DNA from: Paramoeba atlantica
Lineage: Eukaryota > Protista > Discosea
Direction: 5' to 3'
DNA length: 21,917 nt
Assembly (NCBI GenBank): GCA_977017575.1
Contig: CDRNVI010000191.1
Location: 1 to 21,917 of the forward strand
Shown here: one piece after another, positions 20,602-21,917 of the stretch
How positions within the stretch are numbered: position 1 is the first letter of the stretch
Layout: every line of letters begins with the position of its first letter
Program-made: the position numbers and the translations under genes
Notes under the pieces: generated by a model
The model's input: the letters and a program-made list of their open reading frames with translations, nothing else
Told to the model about the DNA's origin: nothing
Databases searched by the model: none

Positions 20602-20805
20602 CTTTTTTTTGTGAACACCCACACTCACTTTTTGTTTGTTTCTGCCTCTGAACTCTCCACTCTCTCTCTCTTCTAAACCCCCTTCTCCCCTCAGAAACCT
20701 TTTTCAAAGGAAAATAAAAAAAATAAAAACAAACAAAAACCAAAAAATTGCTGAAATAAAAAACCACTGAAAAACCCCCCAAGAGTTAGAGTCCCAAAAA
20801 AGTCT

Positions 20806-21047
20806 TTATGTGCTTGGAAAGTACTCAAAGTGGGAACACCACTTGAGTGTTTATTCTCCAGAAGAAAACACCAGATGAAACAACCAAAAAACCAAAACAC
20901 AAACAAAGCTCGAAGATCAGAGCAGATAAGGACGAACCAACAGAAAAAGGGGAAGAAACTCAGAGCGAGAAGGAAAGGAAGCATGGGAAGAGCCAAAGAC
21001 TCAAAAGGAAGGGGGGCACTGATGCTCAAGGGCTCGAGAGCCACACC
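20806..21047. repeat. 242-bp direct repeat, terminal copy (B2)
   Basis: One mismatch to 21261-21502 (GAGAGCC versus GGGAGCC). Confidence 0.95.
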
Positions 21048-21260
21048 CAGGGTGGGTGGGAGGGATAAGGACCAAAAAAGAAGAAGAGAGGAGGGAAAAA
21101 GCGAAAGAAAAGAGCGCAAAGAGCACAAGATGCAGAGAGCAAGAAGCTGAAGAAGCGTGAAGAAGAAAAGGGCGAAACGCGTCCCAGTGCATCTTCAGAG
21201 AATGCGATGATCAAATGAATCTGAGCACTTTCCGCACATAAAAAGCACTTTCGTGCCTGA

Positions 21261-21502
21261 TTATGTGCTTGGAAAGTACTCAAAGTGGGAACACCACTTG
21301 AGTGTTTATTCTCCAGAAGAAAACACCAGATGAAACAACCAAAAAACCAAAACACAAACAAAGCTCGAAGATCAGAGCAGATAAGGACGAACCAACAGAA
21401 AAAGGGGAAGAAACTCAGAGCGAGAAGGAAAGGAAGCATGGGAAGAGCCAAAGACTCAAAAGGAAGGGGGGCACTGATGCTCAAGGGCTCGGGAGCCACA
21501 CC
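21261..21502. repeat. 242-bp direct repeat, internal copy (B1), overlapping the YR stop codon
   Basis: 241 of 242 positions identical to 20806-21047. Confidence 0.95.
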
Positions 21503-21915
21503 ATCTTCGGCCTGAGGCTCCGAAGTCTTTCGGATAGGGTGGAAATGCAGAGTCTGTGCTTGAGTCTCAACTTCTCAGAGAAGGTAATCCCCTCCCTGTC
21601 ACGGATGTAAATCTTCATAGAGTTGCACTCTTTCCAAGTTCCAAGAGCTTGTAGAATCTCATTGGGGTAGTTTAGGTCGTTCATAAACTGAGAACCAGTG
21701 TGTCTCAAGTCGTGCCAAGTGTGGTTCTTAACACTGGAGGATGCACAGATCTTTGAAAGATGTAGATTTAGCAGTCGATCGGACCAGCCCTCAGCTACTA
21801 GGGAATTGGGTTCACACTCAAGACGGTGCATTCTGTTGATGATGACTCTTTCTGCAATAGGGTGAAGAATAGACCATATTGAATCTTGATGTCCTTTGAC
21901 TTGTTCAAGGTAGAT
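21481..21915 (-). CDS. Tyrosine recombinase, C-terminal part (5'-partial)
   Basis: The frame is open to the window edge. TWHDLRH (H-x-x-R at 21714-21703), LQALGTW (H/W position) and SMKIYIR (catalytic Tyr at 21609-21607) match the pattern in DIRS/Ngaro/Crypton recombinases. Confidence 0.85.
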   Translation of the reverse strand: MYLEQVKGHQDSIWSILHPIAERVIINRMHRLECEPNSLVAEGWSDRLLNLHLSKICASSSVKNHTWHDLRHTGSQFMNDLNYPNEILQALGTWKECNSMKIYIRDREGITFSEKLRLKHRLCISTLSERLRSLRPKMVWLPSP

Positions 21916-21917
21916 GC

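Larger units (their letters stand above)
20806..21917 (-). mobile_element. 3' end of a tyrosine-recombinase element with split direct repeats (Ngaro/PAT-like architecture); runs off the window
   Basis: The YR C-terminus is followed by repeat B1 (21502-21261), a 213-bp spacer and repeat B2 (21047-20806). Confidence 0.75.

Noticed and set aside
8100-21500. Many listed Phe-rich, Lys-rich or Ser-rich ORFs on both strands
   Set aside because: They are read-throughs of T-tract introns, antisense frames of poly-Glu exons, or low-complexity repeats of the YR element.
931-21917. Genome-wide stop-codon reassignment (UGA=Trp, or all three stops as sense)
   Set aside because: None of the 29 Gln-rich ankyrin exons or the Trp-containing membrane gene contains an in-frame TAA, TAG or TGA. 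Host genes end in TAA, and the YR ORF ends plausibly at TGA. Internal stops are confined to mobile elements and are all reachable by single transitions.

Overview
This is the left end of a chromosome from an AT-rich, short-intron eukaryote (species not identifiable). From the tip inward: (1) about 98 TTTAGGG telomere repeats (1-690) ending abruptly; (2) a short polyadenylated fragment (691-913) head-to-tail with a 5'-truncated L1/Tx1-like retrotransposon (914-5152; APE, RT, zinc finger, archaeal-like RNase H), whose single frame is broken only by three TGA codons and whose poly(A) faces the centromere; (3) a decayed CCHC gag-like gene on the minus strand, split by a TSD-flanked, polyadenylated retrocopy of its own family's 3' end; (4) a two-exon multipass membrane protein gene; (5) three tandem ankyrin genes in which each of 29 full repeats is its own phase-0 exon of 99-105 nt, with variation concentrated at binding-surface positions; (6) the 3' end of a tyrosine-recombinase element with split direct repeats. 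The best candidates for undescribed systems are the retroelement-capped chromosome end and the exon-per-repeat ankyrin array. Most ORFs in the supplied track between 8 and 21 kb are artefacts of introns and low-complexity sequence. All alignments and counts were done by eye.
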